The position numbers and the translations under genes were made by a program. A stretch of DNA of 64,000 nt, taken from the NCBI GenBank assembly GCA_030141605.1, contig JAQGDQ010000151.1:62001-126000 (forward strand), in the 5' to 3' direction. The stretch is from Tubiluchus corallicola (taxonomy: Eukaryota; Animalia; Priapulida). Shown in pieces: positions 1 to 12,118 of the stretch. The notes under the pieces were generated by a model. The model saw nothing but the letters and a program-made list of their open reading frames with translations, was not told the origin of the DNA and made no database searches. Every line of letters starts with the position of its first letter. Position 1 is the stretch's first letter.

Positions 1-900
1 CAGCTCGCATATGCCAAGATGTTGCTACCTGTGATTTTTCTTCTAACAAACACCCACAAGATGAAGCTCTGAGGCAAATTCAACAACAAAGCTGTCTTGG
101 AGGCTAGTTTCAAGATCAAGGACGAAGATCTGACTTTCGTCTGTGCTGTCCAAGTCGCTATCTAGGCTGAAGATGCGCCAAAGTTTGCCAAGGAAACTGT
201 CTATAGTTCCAAGACCAGGCCCATCAACAAGTCAACCTGAACTAGAACAAGGGTAAATGAAGGAACCATCAGCAGTCAAATTCCACGGACACGGACACAA
301 AGTGCTACCCGTTGTAGAAAGGCCCACAAAGTGACAGACTGTCCTACAAAGATGCTAACTGACATTTCTGTGACAAGAAAGGACATTTGGAGGCTGTTTG
401 CATGAGGAAGCAACGACAGCAATGGGACCAGAAATCTGGGAATCACGAAAGCTGAGCTTGTCAAGACGATGACAAGGTGAAGTTCCTGAAGATTCTCCTA
501 GTGTGGATGTCGAAGTCAACATCCAAGACCTACAGTCCAAGATGGAACTTGACACTGCAACAATGGGAAATTTCGTTTCAGTGCCTGTCTGGAAACAGCT
601 AGGAAAGCCAAAGCTGGATGACACCAGACATCTCTACGAGTCTACCAGCAAGCACGACCTGCCAGTGCTGAGAACTTTCGTGGGCCAGACCAAGGATCCA
701 AAGACTGGTAAACAAAGCTAAATTCCGTACATCGTCACCAAGATCCCTGACCTGAACCTGCTGGGACGAAACGCTATCCAGATTCTGTAATTTCTGTGGA
801 CAATGCTCTAGGACTGAGAAGCATAGAGTCAAGACAAGAGCGAGGGTGTAAAAAAGTCACGTCCGAAGACCTCTGACACGTCTTATGCTTCTCTGCAACG
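1..900 (+). mobile_element. Degenerate Ty3/Gypsy gag-protease fragment
   Basis: Frameshifted translation gives two zinc-knuckle remnants (RCRKAHKVTDCP; *HFCDKKGHLEAVCMRK, about 310-410), an aspartic-protease-like MELDTA...VWKQLGKPKL (ORF 503-721) and the protease C-terminal NLLGRN motif (about 755-775). Confidence 0.75.
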
Positions 901-959
901 AGATTGTTCAGTTGTTCATTTGATTTTATTATACTTACATGTGTAAACTATAGTTATTA

Positions 960-2150
960 TCCTGACCGTTTTCTGTTTGCCAATATTGTGCCAACTCCAA
1001 AAGACAAGCGAGGCGACTTATCTAGTATTACTAATTATAACAGTATTACACTCTTCTCTCCCTTAGGGAAAATTTTTAGACTGGATTATTTTGTGTAAAT
1101 ATTGTGATCACTTGTATACCTCAGATTTAACGTTCGGGCTTAAGCCTAATGTGTCTACTACAATATGTACATGCGTGCTAAAAACTGTTGCTTATTACAT
1201 GACCAATAGTAGATGTGTTTACATTGCTTTTTTAGATGCCTCAAATGCTGATAATATTATGCTGAATGAAATTTTTTTCGCTTATTACCTTACGATTGAT
1301 TATAAATTTATATGCTGATCAAACAATGAATGTCTATCGAAAGGGGTGACCTCTGAAGCCTTCACGGTCACCAATGGAGTTAAACAAGGTGAAGTTTAGT
1401 CTCCAACATTATTCGGTATATATATTGATGGTTTCTTAATTTTAAAAGAATCATGTCATTGGGTGCAGGGTCGGCAAAACCTATATTACATTCAAAAGCT
1501 ATACAGACGACTTAACCCTATTAGGACCAAGTGTAAGCACATTACAAAAAATGCTTCTGATATGTGAAGAGCATGCCATACAATTTGATATTAATTTGGT
1601 TAATGTTCAAGGTACCAAAATTGCAGGTAAATGCATTAGATTCTCCAAACCAGGGGAACGCAATAAACTTTATCCTAGTGTATGGCTGGACAATACTCCT
1701 TTAACCTAGAAAAATAAAGCCACTCATTTATGTCACATAATTACATGTCATTTAACGGATGATACTGATATTCTTAGTAAATGTGGAAATTTCATTTACC
1801 ATGCCAATAGTATATTTGCCAACTTCTCATTTGCTTGTGCTAATTTAAAATGTAAACTACTTCAAACATATTATCTAGGATATTACGGTTGCCACAGTTG
1901 GAGGTGATTCGAAAATACATTTTATTGTTACTGCTTGGAACATTGCTATCTTTGTAAATTATGGAAACTGCCATATAGAGCTCGCACTTTTATTTTGCCC
2001 CATATTACAGTACCCTTCAGCTGAGTAAGCACTCTGTTAAACGGTTTCTTAACTTCTACGTAGCATGTAAAAATAGTAGTAACTCAATAATTTACTTTTA
2101 GATTTAGATTTATCAATTCGTCCATTTGGTACATACAAAAACAAAAGTTA
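960..2150 (+). mobile_element. Degenerate non-LTR retrotransposon (LINE) reverse transcriptase
   Basis: RT motifs in order across frames: VPTPKDKRGD..NY, FLDAS, NGVKQG, SPTLFGIYID, YTDDLTLLGPS (about 1500). Many stops and frameshifts. Confidence 0.8.
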
Positions 2151-2346
2151 TAAATTACTAATTAACAATGCCTTACAGTGCTATGAGTACAGCAGAAAAA
2201 TTAGACTAAATTAATGATATAAACAACAACTAAAAATACGTTAAATGGAGCGAAGAGACAGATGCGAGAAATTATAATGACGATAATGATGATGAATTGA
2301 TGCTAATTGGTGATAATGCGCCAGGTTTGATGACATAAACCAAGTT

Positions 2347-2580
2347 ACCCCAGTAAAAGGGAAACAGCAAACTCCAACAGCTATAATGCAGTTTATTCTA
2401 AATGAACTCGACAAAAAAAGGTTACAGTAAAACACCACGTTACAGTAAAAGGTCTAGTTGATCAGACCGCCATCGTCGAGTTGACCTCCTCGACACAGGC
2501 GCACTGCCTAACTCCAATTCGTCATCAACATCTCGTTCATTCTCCACTGTTAACACAAACACAACCAATAACATTGGCGT
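2347..2580 (-). repeat. 3' LTR of the Gypsy element
   Basis: Direct repeat of 8205-8427 (about 5 substitutions and one 11-nt indel by eye). Polypurine tract lies next to it on the inner side. Confidence 0.92.
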
Positions 2581-2582
2581 AA

Positions 2583-2600
2583 CCTCTTCTCTTTTCTCTC
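2583..2600 (-). promoter_or_regulatory. Polypurine tract (PPT)
   Basis: Minus strand GAGAGAAAAGAGAAGAGG just upstream of the 3' LTR. Confidence 0.85.
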
Positions 2601-3163
2601 AGGTAACACTTAAGTAACAGCTAAGTCTCTCAATTGGTAACTGCTTGCAGTCTTAATGATGAGTAACATAGGATAAACAGCCTTACTCTAAAGCCTAAGT
2701 AAAGATGCTGCACAATACTTTTAGCAAATAAATGTAGGTGTCTAAGTTAGAACAAAATAACTCAACTGTAAGAAAAATGTTGCAATTGAACCGACAACAG
2801 TGTACGATAATCACAATATGATAAGTAAGCAAGATAAGATATGTCAAGAAAATTAAATGAAATTATGCCACAGTGGCGATCTCTGACCCGAGAACACATA
2901 TAACATTTAAACCACTGCTAACTAAAGTAAGAGTAAAGATGCACAAAACCTGAACTTCAGTGCAGGTTGCACTGAACTGGTACAAAACAAATCCTGTGAT
3001 AATGACACTAAACAGATTAGTTTATCACAATAAATGGATGCATATACAAGGCAACTAGAACAACGAAACTTCTCTAACAGCTAGCAAAAGGTTAAACACA
3101 TATGCATACAAGTATTTGTCCTTTAGGACAAGAAAGCACAAAATTAGAAACGTATCAAAATGC

Positions 3164-4915
3164 TCAAAACTCAGTGACATAGTCTTTCAGGTAAGTAGGA
3201 GGTCTGCGACTCCTTTGAGGGCGTTGTGCATGTTCTTGCGAGTCGTGATGATGTGTAGCTGGCTGTGGCACTAATAAATTGGACTCTCCACCGAAAGGAG
3301 TTACACGTTCGAAACTTGTGGGTGGAGTACTGATTTCTGTAGGGATGGCTGGTGTCCAGATAGGGTTGTCAGGTGTGGACAAAGGCGAGATGTGACTGAT
3401 GTCTGAGTGTCCCTCTTCATCATCTGTACTGTCTCGTATTGCACTTATTGTGCGATTATGCTCATGGCTAGGAAATGAGTAGCAAGGAACCTTGTAGCAT
3501 TCTGACTTGTTTACTCTATAAGACTGGTTGCGGAGCTGTGACCCAGTAAAGTGCTTTATGTTAACCCAATCTGTGTCCTCCGAGGTGACGAGATAGCGCT
3601 TCCGGGCACAGGACTTATCACGATCCCGGTATAAGTACACTATATCGCCAACTTGCACACCCTCAGGGTACCTATATTCACGGAGTGGTGCCTTCGACTT
3701 TTCACTAGCAGGATGGTTGGCTAGTCTTTGTTGATGTTGTGCACTAATAAGGTCGCTATCGCGTATAGGCAATTGAATACCGATGAATTGGTCACGCTGA
3801 AACCACATCTCCCGAGCAGACAGCCCGCGTGCTCTGATTCGAGCATTGAGATGATTGAGTGCAATAATCAAGTCCACCTGAGAAATAGGACCACCTTCAG
3901 GCTGAATATTTAGGAGTTCAGCCTCCAGTTCTTGGATTGCACGTTCCGCTACAGGATTTTTGTTCGGATTTTTCACTCTTCCTATCTCGATTGACATTCG
4001 GCACTTTTCTAGCAGTGTATCCCCAATCAAACTCTTAAAACCAGAAGCTGCATCTGTACGAATGACTGCCGGAGGGCCATCTAATGGTACCAAGCCACTT
4101 GCCAGACAAACAAGAGCATCTCTGAGAGAGTCGTGTTTTTCACTGTCAATTAGGGATGCGGTAGTGTAAGAGGTGACACATTCGCGAAGAACTAGAATAC
4201 ATTGTCTTGAACGACGGAGACCATCAGCTACAAATGCATATCCTAGACCCTCTGGAGGTTCACATGAGGTCTGGGATACAGCATGGTGGGGAACCTTCTT
4301 TAGGAACATGCAATGATAGCAACTAGTTGATGTACGTTCAACTGCACTCTCCATGTCTAAAGCGAAGAAATATCGGTTCATTAACATCTTTAGCTGGTGG
4401 CCTGAAGGGTGATTCAGCTGTAAATGAAGAGCTGTGACAATGTCATCTAGCACATGACGTGGAATAACTATACGTTCCCGCACGGGTGAAAGAGGATCAG
4501 ACTGTCGCACAATAAGAAGGTTGTCCCTGGCAATGGTAGTGCTTTGTAGATAACGTTTCACATCCCTTGCATCAGTTACCTTCTTAGAGGGACGTGTACC
4601 CTGTTTTAAATGTGCATGGGTACGCCTAAGGTCATGGCATTCCGATTGAGTATTAAGCCAAGTAGCACGATTAAGAAATGGGACTTTGGCATGACCAGAG
4701 ACGACATCTGATACAGAGATGTTGAGCACAACACTCTCTTCTGTGGAATGAACGAAGGAACATACCTGACAATGAGGAGTTTCACAGTCAGCAGCATTGC
4801 GGCTGGCAAAGTCTGACAAAAGATTGGCAGCCCCAGACACATGGTGAACTTGTGCCTGATAACGGCGAAACCGTAGACAGAAATGTGGAAACCCTGGGGC
4901 TACATGAAAATTCAC
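3164..4915 (-). CDS. pol: Gypsy pol C-terminal part: end of RNase H plus integrase
   Basis: [10 protein letters not shown] (RNase H end); HHCC finger (HLQLNH...CYHC); catalytic core FVAD...IRTDAASGF...[10 protein letters not shown]. Confidence 0.9.
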   Translation of the reverse strand: MNFHVAPGFPHFCLRFRRYQAQVHHVSGAANLLSDFASRNAADCETPHCQVCSFVHSTEESVVLNISVSDVVSGHAKVPFLNRATWLNTQSECHDLRRTHAHLKQGTRPSKKVTDARDVKRYLQSTTIARDNLLIVRQSDPLSPVRERIVIPRHVLDDIVTALHLQLNHPSGHQLKMLMNRYFFALDMESAVERTSTSCYHCMFLKKVPHHAVSQTSCEPPEGLGYAFVADGLRRSRQCILVLRECVTSYTTASLIDSEKHDSLRDALVCLASGLVPLDGPPAVIRTDAASGFKSLIGDTLLEKCRMSIEIGRVKNPNKNPVAERAIQELEAELLNIQPEGGPISQVDLIIALNHLNARIRARGLSAREMWFQRDQFIGIQLPIRDSDLISAQHQQRLANHPASEKSKAPLREYRYPEGVQVGDIVYLYRDRDKSCARKRYLVTSEDTDWVNIKHFTGSQLRNQSYRVNKSECYKVPCYSFPSHEHNRTISAIRDSTDDEEGHSDISHISPLSTPDNPIWTPAIPTEISTPPTSFERVTPFGGESNLLVPQPATHHHDSQEHAQRPQRSRRPPTYLKDYVTEF

Positions 4916-5315
4916 CCCTTGCTAGCTTATTAAAAGCTTGAACACAGGGCTTACTATCGGTCAAAACCTGAGTCTTGTGGTTAGACTGGATTATGAATGG
5001 GCTGAAGTGCTTAACAGCTACAGCAATGGCCAAGGCTTCAATTTCACATGGTATCCAGGTTGTTTGTCGCTTTTGTAGCTTAGCACTGAAAAACTCGGCA
5101 ATGCACGGTTTAGGGTTTCCAGGTCTTGTGATGTACAAAGTAGCACCAATGCCGTGATTTTTCACGGCGCCATTGGTTATGATCCATAGCTGATCATCTG
5201 GACGGGGCAGAGTGATAGAAGTATTTGTAAGCAAGTGCTTTTTGGGCTGAAAGGAAACAGGTTGTTTGGTCATCAGACCAGACAATGTTTTCATGCGAAG
5301 CTCTTCCAGCTGCAA
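4788..5315 (-). pseudogene. pol: Gypsy RNase H fragment (frameshifted)
   Basis: LWIITNGA...FFSAKL...CEIEALAI...VLTDSKPC pattern of Ty3/Gypsy RNase H. Confidence 0.85.
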
Positions 5316-5401
5316 TAGAGTCCAAGGGTGCTATGATGGAGGCACAATGAGGTATTACTCGAGCAAGTACCTTATAGGCTCCTATAAAAGACCATAGACC
5401 C

Positions 5402-6424
5402 TTAACAGTGTTTGGAAGAGAACAAGTAGCCAGGGCAGCAATACGGTGAGCACTTGCTCGTAAGGTACCCTCTTGCCACTCCCATCCGGATAGTAGTAGA
5501 CTTGGGTACTATAATTATTTTTTTTGCAGACAGCTTTAGGTTACATTTGTTCATCGCAGTGAGAACTCTTCTCCAATTGAGCAAGAGTGAGTTTTGCGTG
5601 TCTGCCCCACAGTAAAGATCATCGGCAACCTTGGTTACAATCCCTTCTGCTAGTAAATCGCCCAGTACACGGCACATCAGCTCTTCTAAAGCCGTTTCTG
5701 AGCCCGGCATACCCATGGCACATCTGGCATAGACACGAGTACCATGGTACGGTGTAACAATGCCACAATATTTCATTGATTCCTGAGATAAGGGAATCTG
5801 ATAGAAAGCACTTGTCAGGTCTGACTTTATAATGTATCTCCATTGAGCGATAAGGCGGAGGACTGAATTTACGTCCGGCATAAGTGCCGGTTGTGGTTTA
5901 CTATACTGAGCAACTTCAGCGAAAGCAGTGACAAGGCGTGAACCACATTGGGGTTTGTTCACGAGGAAAGAGGGGTTGCGATACTCGACTGTGATAGGAA
6001 CATCTTCAGGGCGCACAATGACTTTGAGGGCTTCAAGGTCATTGAATTTCTGTTGCAATTCCAGAAGTCTGTTTTTAAAATACTGTGGGATGCGACCTTT
6101 TCTTTGGGGAGGCTGTACAGGGCCCGTGTTGGCAACTGCTTGAAAAGGTCCTGCAGCCCCATTGTAACCAGTAAAGTTTGGATCAAATACAGAATCAAAC
6201 TCATATAAGAGTGACGCAAAGTCTGCATGGATGGATTTGTCTAGCTGGTTGTCTGGATCTAACTGAACAGAAGATGAGTGTGCTGCTTGAACAGATGTGC
6301 TGTTCACAGCTAAAGATGGGAGCTCAAAAGATGACTGAGTAGGTGTATAAGTGGGAGATATTTGACAGAAATGCTCATGCTTCTTCAGAGTTTGTGGCCT
6401 ATCTGTAGTATTAGAGATGCGCAC
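5402..6424 (-). pseudogene. pol: Gypsy reverse transcriptase fragment
   Basis: NPSFLVNK..SRLV, SDLTSAFYQIPL, AMGMPGS, KVADDLYCG (atypical YxDD box), NLKLSAKK. Confidence 0.9.
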
Positions 6425-6490
6425 AGTGTCAGCTATACCAGTGATAATACTGGGAGGAGGCCATGCTTCTGATATATCCCTATGCTGATT

Positions 6491-8047
6491 TTAAGGTGCA
6501 TCCATGCGCGGCTCGAGTGCAAAAGTCGTTGTTCCCTGTTGGACTAAAGTATCAAGGATTGATATCTCGATAAAATCACCTGGCCATATGGTAGATGGAG
6601 AAACCGGAGCACGTAAGACCTGAGCATATCTAACAATGCTCGAGGGAGATGAAGGAGCAGAAGGAGGGCCATATTCATATTTCGATCCATCTCGAAGCAT
6701 GATGGTATTACGCTGAGGATCGAGAATAATGCCATTTTTCACCATGAATGGAGTTCCTGCCAAAATGTCACTATCTAGGTCTTGCACATCAAAATAAAAG
6801 TTATGACTATCGCGGGTGAAGGTGAGGGCTGTTTCGCCTATTACTACAAGTTTAGAGTGTCCATCAGCCTGACTGGCTGACTGGGAACTTCTTTTTATAC
6901 TAGCACCCAATCGCTTAGCAGTGGATTGTTTAATCATATTACCAGTGGCACCACTGTCTAAGACAAGCCGTGCTGTGTGATGGTTGTGAAATACATCAAG
7001 AAAGGGAGATTGACATATTTGTACTCGACGGGTGGAGGAACAGTCGGGCGAATTAATGGGCACGGGTGTTTCCGCAGTGTCCTCCCTGAGATCAAGCACT
7101 TGTAATTCGTCATCGTGCTCTTCATTCACTTCAGCAATCAAGCGAGCACGAGCTAAATATTTACGATCATGGTCAGGTAGATAAATACATTTACTTAAAA
7201 AGTGGTTTATGTTGCTTCTGCCCGCTTGTTTACACAAGGGGCACGTGCGAGCAGTTTTGGGCATGCATGTGCTAGATTTACCAAGAGATGCGGATTTCGC
7301 AAATGGTTTTGTATATGCCCGCATAGTTCTTGCATCCTCGGTAGCATGAATTTCATCCACTAGTGAACTGAGGGCCTGAGAGATCTCTGGTTTGATTAAT
7401 GCAAGGGTGCGTGTACGTAATTCGGTTCCGTAACGCTGCTTCACTAACTTTGGTAGATCCTTGTGGATAAGTTGTAACCAGATCAAAACAATAAAATTTT
7501 CTAGGGAAGGGGAGAGCTCCTCATCCTCAGTAGCTTCTACACCATGATGGTTGATGCCCCCTCCACTCTTGAGTAAATTATCCTCAACAAAAGCCATGAT
7601 TCTCTGATATAAATCTTCTGGACGCTCAAGGGGATCGAATTTTATGTCCGAAAAATCCAAAAAATGTGCACCTGTAGACTGAAAACCAAAATGAAGTCGA
7701 ATGGTTTGCCAAATTTGTTCTAAGGAGGTAGAATTTTTCACAATTGTGTTACGTGATACAACAGGACAGTAGTTTGCAATTTGACCAAGTAGTAACTCTA
7801 GAACAGTTGCCTTTTGTGCGGCAGACCTGTGCTGGTCTAGAGGTACATCATTGTCATCACTAGTCAAACCCCGCAGAGGAGTATCTCTAGTCTTTTTTTG
7901 CCAGGAGACGCCAGATACCATAAATGGTGCAAATTGAGCATCTAGCGAAAGTGTGTACACTAAATTTTGACGCCAATTTTCAAAGGATGTAATAGTCTCT
8001 GTTTTAGACAAACACCACTGCTTGGGTGCACGATGTGTAGTTGCCAT
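6491..8047 (-). CDS. gag: Gypsy gag plus aspartic protease
   Basis: 518-aa ORF starting about 150 bp after the PBS, with a CPLC...H...C knuckle, LDSGATGNMI protease active site and DILAG motif. Confidence 0.88.
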   Translation of the reverse strand: MATTHRAPKQWCLSKTETITSFENWRQNLVYTLSLDAQFAPFMVSGVSWQKKTRDTPLRGLTSDDNDVPLDQHRSAAQKATVLELLLGQIANYCPVVSRNTIVKNSTSLEQIWQTIRLHFGFQSTGAHFLDFSDIKFDPLERPEDLYQRIMAFVEDNLLKSGGGINHHGVEATEDEELSPSLENFIVLIWLQLIHKDLPKLVKQRYGTELRTRTLALIKPEISQALSSLVDEIHATEDARTMRAYTKPFAKSASLGKSSTCMPKTARTCPLCKQAGRSNINHFLSKCIYLPDHDRKYLARARLIAEVNEEHDDELQVLDLREDTAETPVPINSPDCSSTRRVQICQSPFLDVFHNHHTARLVLDSGATGNMIKQSTAKRLGASIKRSSQSASQADGHSKLVVIGETALTFTRDSHNFYFDVQDLDSDILAGTPFMVKNGIILDPQRNTIMLRDGSKYEYGPPSAPSSPSSIVRYAQVLRAPVSPSTIWPGDFIEISILDTLVQQGTTTFALEPRMDAP

Positions 8048-8194
8048 AATTTGACCAATAACTCAGTTTATCAAATAAACTACACGAAGCCAAGAACTTA
8101 AATTCCTGGATAGCTGGCCACTATAGTGCAAGTATCTGCTGCAACACGCTTACCAGTCGTTGAGCTCGTCTACGGTAGGCTGGGTGACGTAATA

Positions 8195-8205
8195 CGCTGC
8201 CACCA
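8195..8205 (-). promoter_or_regulatory. Primer-binding site, tRNA-Leu type
   Basis: Minus strand TGGTGGCAGCG abutting the 5' LTR, complementary to the tRNA-Leu 3' end (...CGCUGCCACCA). Confidence 0.8.
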
Positions 8206-8427
8206 CGCCAGTAAAAGGGAAACAGCAAACTCCAACAGCTATAATGCAGTTTATTCTAAATGAACTAGACAAGAAAAGGTTACAGTAAAACACCACGTTA
8301 CAGTAAAAGGTCTAGTTGATCAGACCGCCATCGTCGAGTTGACCTCCTCGACACAGGCGCACTGCCTAACTCCAATTCGTCATCATCATCTCGTTCACTC
8401 TCCACTAACAACCAATAACATTGGCGT
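8205..8427 (-). repeat. 5' LTR of the Gypsy element
   Basis: Direct repeat of 2347-2580; ends form the inverted repeat ACGCCA...TGGCGT. Confidence 0.92.
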
Positions 8428-8439
8428 TAGCCATTTTTG

Positions 8440-8700
8440 CAGTGTTACTAAAATTGTGTTAAAATATTGAGCTATATAAAAAATATAAAGATGTGTTATT
8501 TTCAATTACAGAAATTGATGAATTAGGCACATACGACTCAAACACTAACTTCTTAAATTTAAGTTTGAATAGATTTAGCATTTTTATTTCTAGGCAAAGT
8601 TTATTCAATAGTAAAGGCCCTGTGAATGCTAAATGATGTCTAGCTGTGTTTGTTCTGCAGTACTGCACTTTAAAAGTCGTTACTATTATACAATAGTGTT
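8440..8700 (-). mobile_element. 3' end remnant of a CR1/L2-group LINE
   Basis: RTNTARHHLAFTGPLLLNKL...FKLKFKKL resembles the RT....F...G..LWN.L...FK..LK C-terminus of CR1/L2 ORF2. Confidence 0.6.
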
Positions 8701-10180
8701 TGAGTCCAGAGCAAGAAACTTAACGAGAAACATGTACGTATGAAAACAAATAAAATAAACTAATAATAAACTGAAAATAAGCTAAGCAGCACAGTCTGTC
8801 AGATATGCATAAATGATGCGTTTATTACCATAATTATCTACAAGTAATATGGGTAACCTTTTAGTACAAGATTCTACATCTATGACTATATGTTACACAG
8901 TCTACATATAAAATATTTGTAGAAGTGCACCGACAAGCTCGCACACATGCACACGCCCGCTCTCACGCACATCCTCAACTACACTCTCTCGCACATGCAC
9001 GATAATAAACATGCACACGGTATTTAGGTTTCAGCATAATCATAGAAATTTACAAGTAATTTATATGTAAATGTAGGAACAGTATAATGTTTTTCAATGT
9101 ATTAAGCAAAGCTTTTACGAACGTATATACTGCATAACAAACTACAAGAAGCGGTAATAGTATAATACATTCAAATGTTCAGGCATTTACTAAGATTTTG
9201 CAATCACACAAGTTTTTTGCGCATTCAAATGTTCAGGGAATCACTAGAAATGTGCACGCACACAGTTACTGATAATCATGCACTGATTTAATGATACCTT
9301 TGTGGGTCAAGGGAGTTTCCATTAGAATCAGAGTTTACATGACATTGATACGCATAATAATTACCATATACTGTATACTTATGTACAAGTCGACCTTCCG
9401 TACAAGTTGATGTGCATTTTAAGACCAAAAATTGCATCATTTTATATATTACCTGTGTAAAAGTCGACCCTAAAATATTAAGATCTTCCAGAGTAAATGA
9501 TTTCACCAATGGCTGAGTAATATTAATTGGTAATCGATGTTTTGCCAATAAAACACACTTATACAAGGCCTGTGTAAAACTTCCCGCGGCAGCTGACAGG
9601 TGGCAGCACCTGCGTAGCATGGGCGGTTTCCATGTTATGAGTAAGATATGACTAAGGAACTAAATTAGCCTTCGAGTGGTTGCGCAAAAATGTAAATTAA
9701 TAATTAATTACAGACGTACTTTATTAAAAAGGAGGTCAACTATAATTGTAATAACTCAACCGCACATTTAACGAAAATTTAGACATTTTTAAAAATTTAA
9801 TTGAAACAAACAGTTACAAAAGGTTTACCAAAACTCCTCGAAAATTGCTGAAGTTAACAGACTGTAAGTGTATCGCTTAACAAATTTTGATCCGAGCAGA
9901 TTAAATACAAACAAACCTTTTACAATTCTACAGGGTAACTAAATGTAGACAACATACATGACTAATCAGCAAAGATACTTGTTTAAAAACAAACAAACAA
10001 AAAGACCTGCTAGGTCATTCAAGTAATAAATTAAAGAATTTGACTGTGGTTGGAAAATGCAACCGCGCATTCTACATTATAGTAGACTTAGAATCATTGG
10101 AAAGAAAATAGTTGGGACAAAACCCAAAAGATCGTAAAGCGGGTAAATATTTTACCAATAACTGAAACAAAAAATTAACT

Positions 10181-10675
10181 TTAACTAACATGATAAAATT
10201 CACACGATCTTACAGTTACATCAGCTTGCATCTCAGTCAGTCTCATTAGAACAGTCTGTTCCAAAAGTGTAGTGTAACACTTCAGATCTTCCAAACTAGA
10301 AATCTTAGTTTTGTCACTCCCTTCGATCAGTTTTATGAAAACTCGGCCTTCACGGGTCCAGGTGGTGCACTTTTTCATTTTTGCCATCTCCTTTTTTACG
10401 TGTATAGATGCGAGCACTTAAAACCCTACAAGTGTTTGTTAATGTAAATTCAGTTGTTGTTCTTGCTTACACCCAAGTCAGCGAAATTGTGCGCACTGCA
10501 CGTCTTTAAATTGATTTTATTGCGAAGCAGCTCACATTTCTTCCTTTTACTATTAAATCTAACGATGATAGGAGCACACGGTTTCGATCTCCTAGTAGAA
10601 ATTTGGTGAGCATTATTAATTTTGTACAGCTCCGACTTTAACACCAATATGACTAATTACATCTAAAACTATCTT
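10181..10675 (-). pseudogene. C-terminal half of a LINE ORF1-like (Tnp_22/CR1-type) sequence
   Basis: NAHQI...PIIVRF...IYINKHL and TWTREGRVFIK...KISSLEDL. Continues from 16875-17170 once the BEL insertion is removed. Confidence 0.75.
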
Positions 10676-11186
10676 TGTAGCTGACGGAATATCCCAAAAC
10701 AAAACTTCAAATTCCGCCTTGGCATGTTAACGGTTATTTATTCTGAGAAAATAAAATAACAGCATTTTGCAAATTCAGGTGATTATACAAGATTATTATA
10801 AAATAGGAACTAAATCAAAATATCAAATCATTTAGGTATCAATTACACAATTATTACAAAGCACAACAATTGTAAAGTAGTAAACTGCTACATGAAATAG
10901 AAGTTAAACTTCTCTTTTAAGTAATCCAAAAAATTAATAACAATCATATTTAACTTACGTATATTGGCCAGCCCTGGCATTTAAACTTAAAGTAATCAGA
11001 AAACTGCAGAAACAGGTCACAAGCATTTATCAAAACATTGAATTTGACTAAATTAAATATAAACAGATAGCAAAACATCTAGACAGTGTAACAGTCTACT
11101 GTCCTATTCACTTCTGCATGAAACCAGATTGAATCACCTGAGTATATAAGTACAGGCTAACAAATTTGAAGCAAGAAATTCATTCA
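10676..11186 (-). repeat. 3' LTR of the BEL element (inner end deleted)
   Basis: Matches 16617-16824 at both ends with about 300 extra internal bases; abuts the integrase GGVWER codons directly. Confidence 0.85.
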
Positions 11187-11745
11187 ATTCTCTCCCAAAC
11201 ACCTCCTTGGTGCGGTGCACTTGGAGCATTAAACTTCCACTGGATCTGGCGTCTTCTCAGGTATCATTTATTTTTTCTTGGTCAAGCTCTTTTATGGCTG
11301 TTCTAAGTTCTCTCTCTGATCCTACAAAGTTTGTACCGTTGTCACATCTAATTGAACGTGGGTGTCTGCGACGACTGATGAATCTCACCAAAGCATTGAT
11401 GAAGCTGCTAGTGCTCATTGAGTGCAGTACTTCAATGTGAACTGCCCGGGTGGACATACATGCAAAGAGACAGCCATATCGTTTGACGTGTGAGCGAGCT
11501 CTTTTTACGACAAAGGGCCCAAAACAATCTACGCCAGTGTTAAAAAAGGGCGGATTACCTGGACCTACTCAATCACTTGGCAATGGAGACATTCTTTGAC
11601 AGATAGGCTTGGCATCTCGGCACCTACAAACAGTGCAGTCTGAAATTATTTTCCTGACTTTTGCTCTGGCCTTTATTACCAGTACTTTTCTCTTGCTAGG
11701 GCCATTAAGTATTCACGACCGCAATGGCATGCATTTTCTTGCAGC
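11187..11745 (-). pseudogene. pol: BEL integrase core (C-terminus deleted)
   Basis: CTVC finger, GVDCFGP, LFACMSTRAVHIE, SIRCDNGTNFVG, GGVWER. Confidence 0.9.
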
Positions 11746-12118
11746 TCCATAAGTATCAGCTATACTATACAATCCTCACGGGTAAGATAATTTGATGCCT
11801 GCCTTCGTCCTCCTATGCAGATTACGTCCTCTGAAGATAGTACAGGATCCAGGGATTTTAGCTTGCTATCCTTTGGAATTTTGGTCCTTTTATTGCTCTT
11901 TAAGTTCTGTTGAAGAGTAGTCTTTTCATTTTTGAAGTGACTTCCTTGAACATATTGGAACAAATTTAATTCATCTTCTTTCAGTTCTTCAACAGACAAA
12001 CTCCCTGTTCGAACATTGGTTTTCTCTCTACCCTTCATAGTATTTGCCGGTAACTTCTTGAATCTGATGAGCCAAGCTACTGCCTTCTTCAATTTATACC
12101 ATGAGGAGTAATAGTTTA

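Larger units (their letters stand above)
2347..8427 (-). mobile_element. Full-length Ty3/Gypsy LTR retrotransposon (gag-PR-RT-RH-IN), frameshifted
   Basis: Two near-identical LTRs of about 225-235 bp, a PBS, a PPT and coding domains in Gypsy order on the minus strand. Confidence 0.95.

Noticed and set aside
3728-6228. Small + strand or alternative-frame ORFs overlapping pol (similar cases in the BEL and Gmr1 elements)
   Set aside because: Shadow ORFs of retrotransposon coding sequence with no independent evidence.
9360-9620. 110-aa ORF or Tc1/pogo-like MITE end (repeated AAGTCGACC)
   Set aside because: No protein motif and no matching opposite terminus found.
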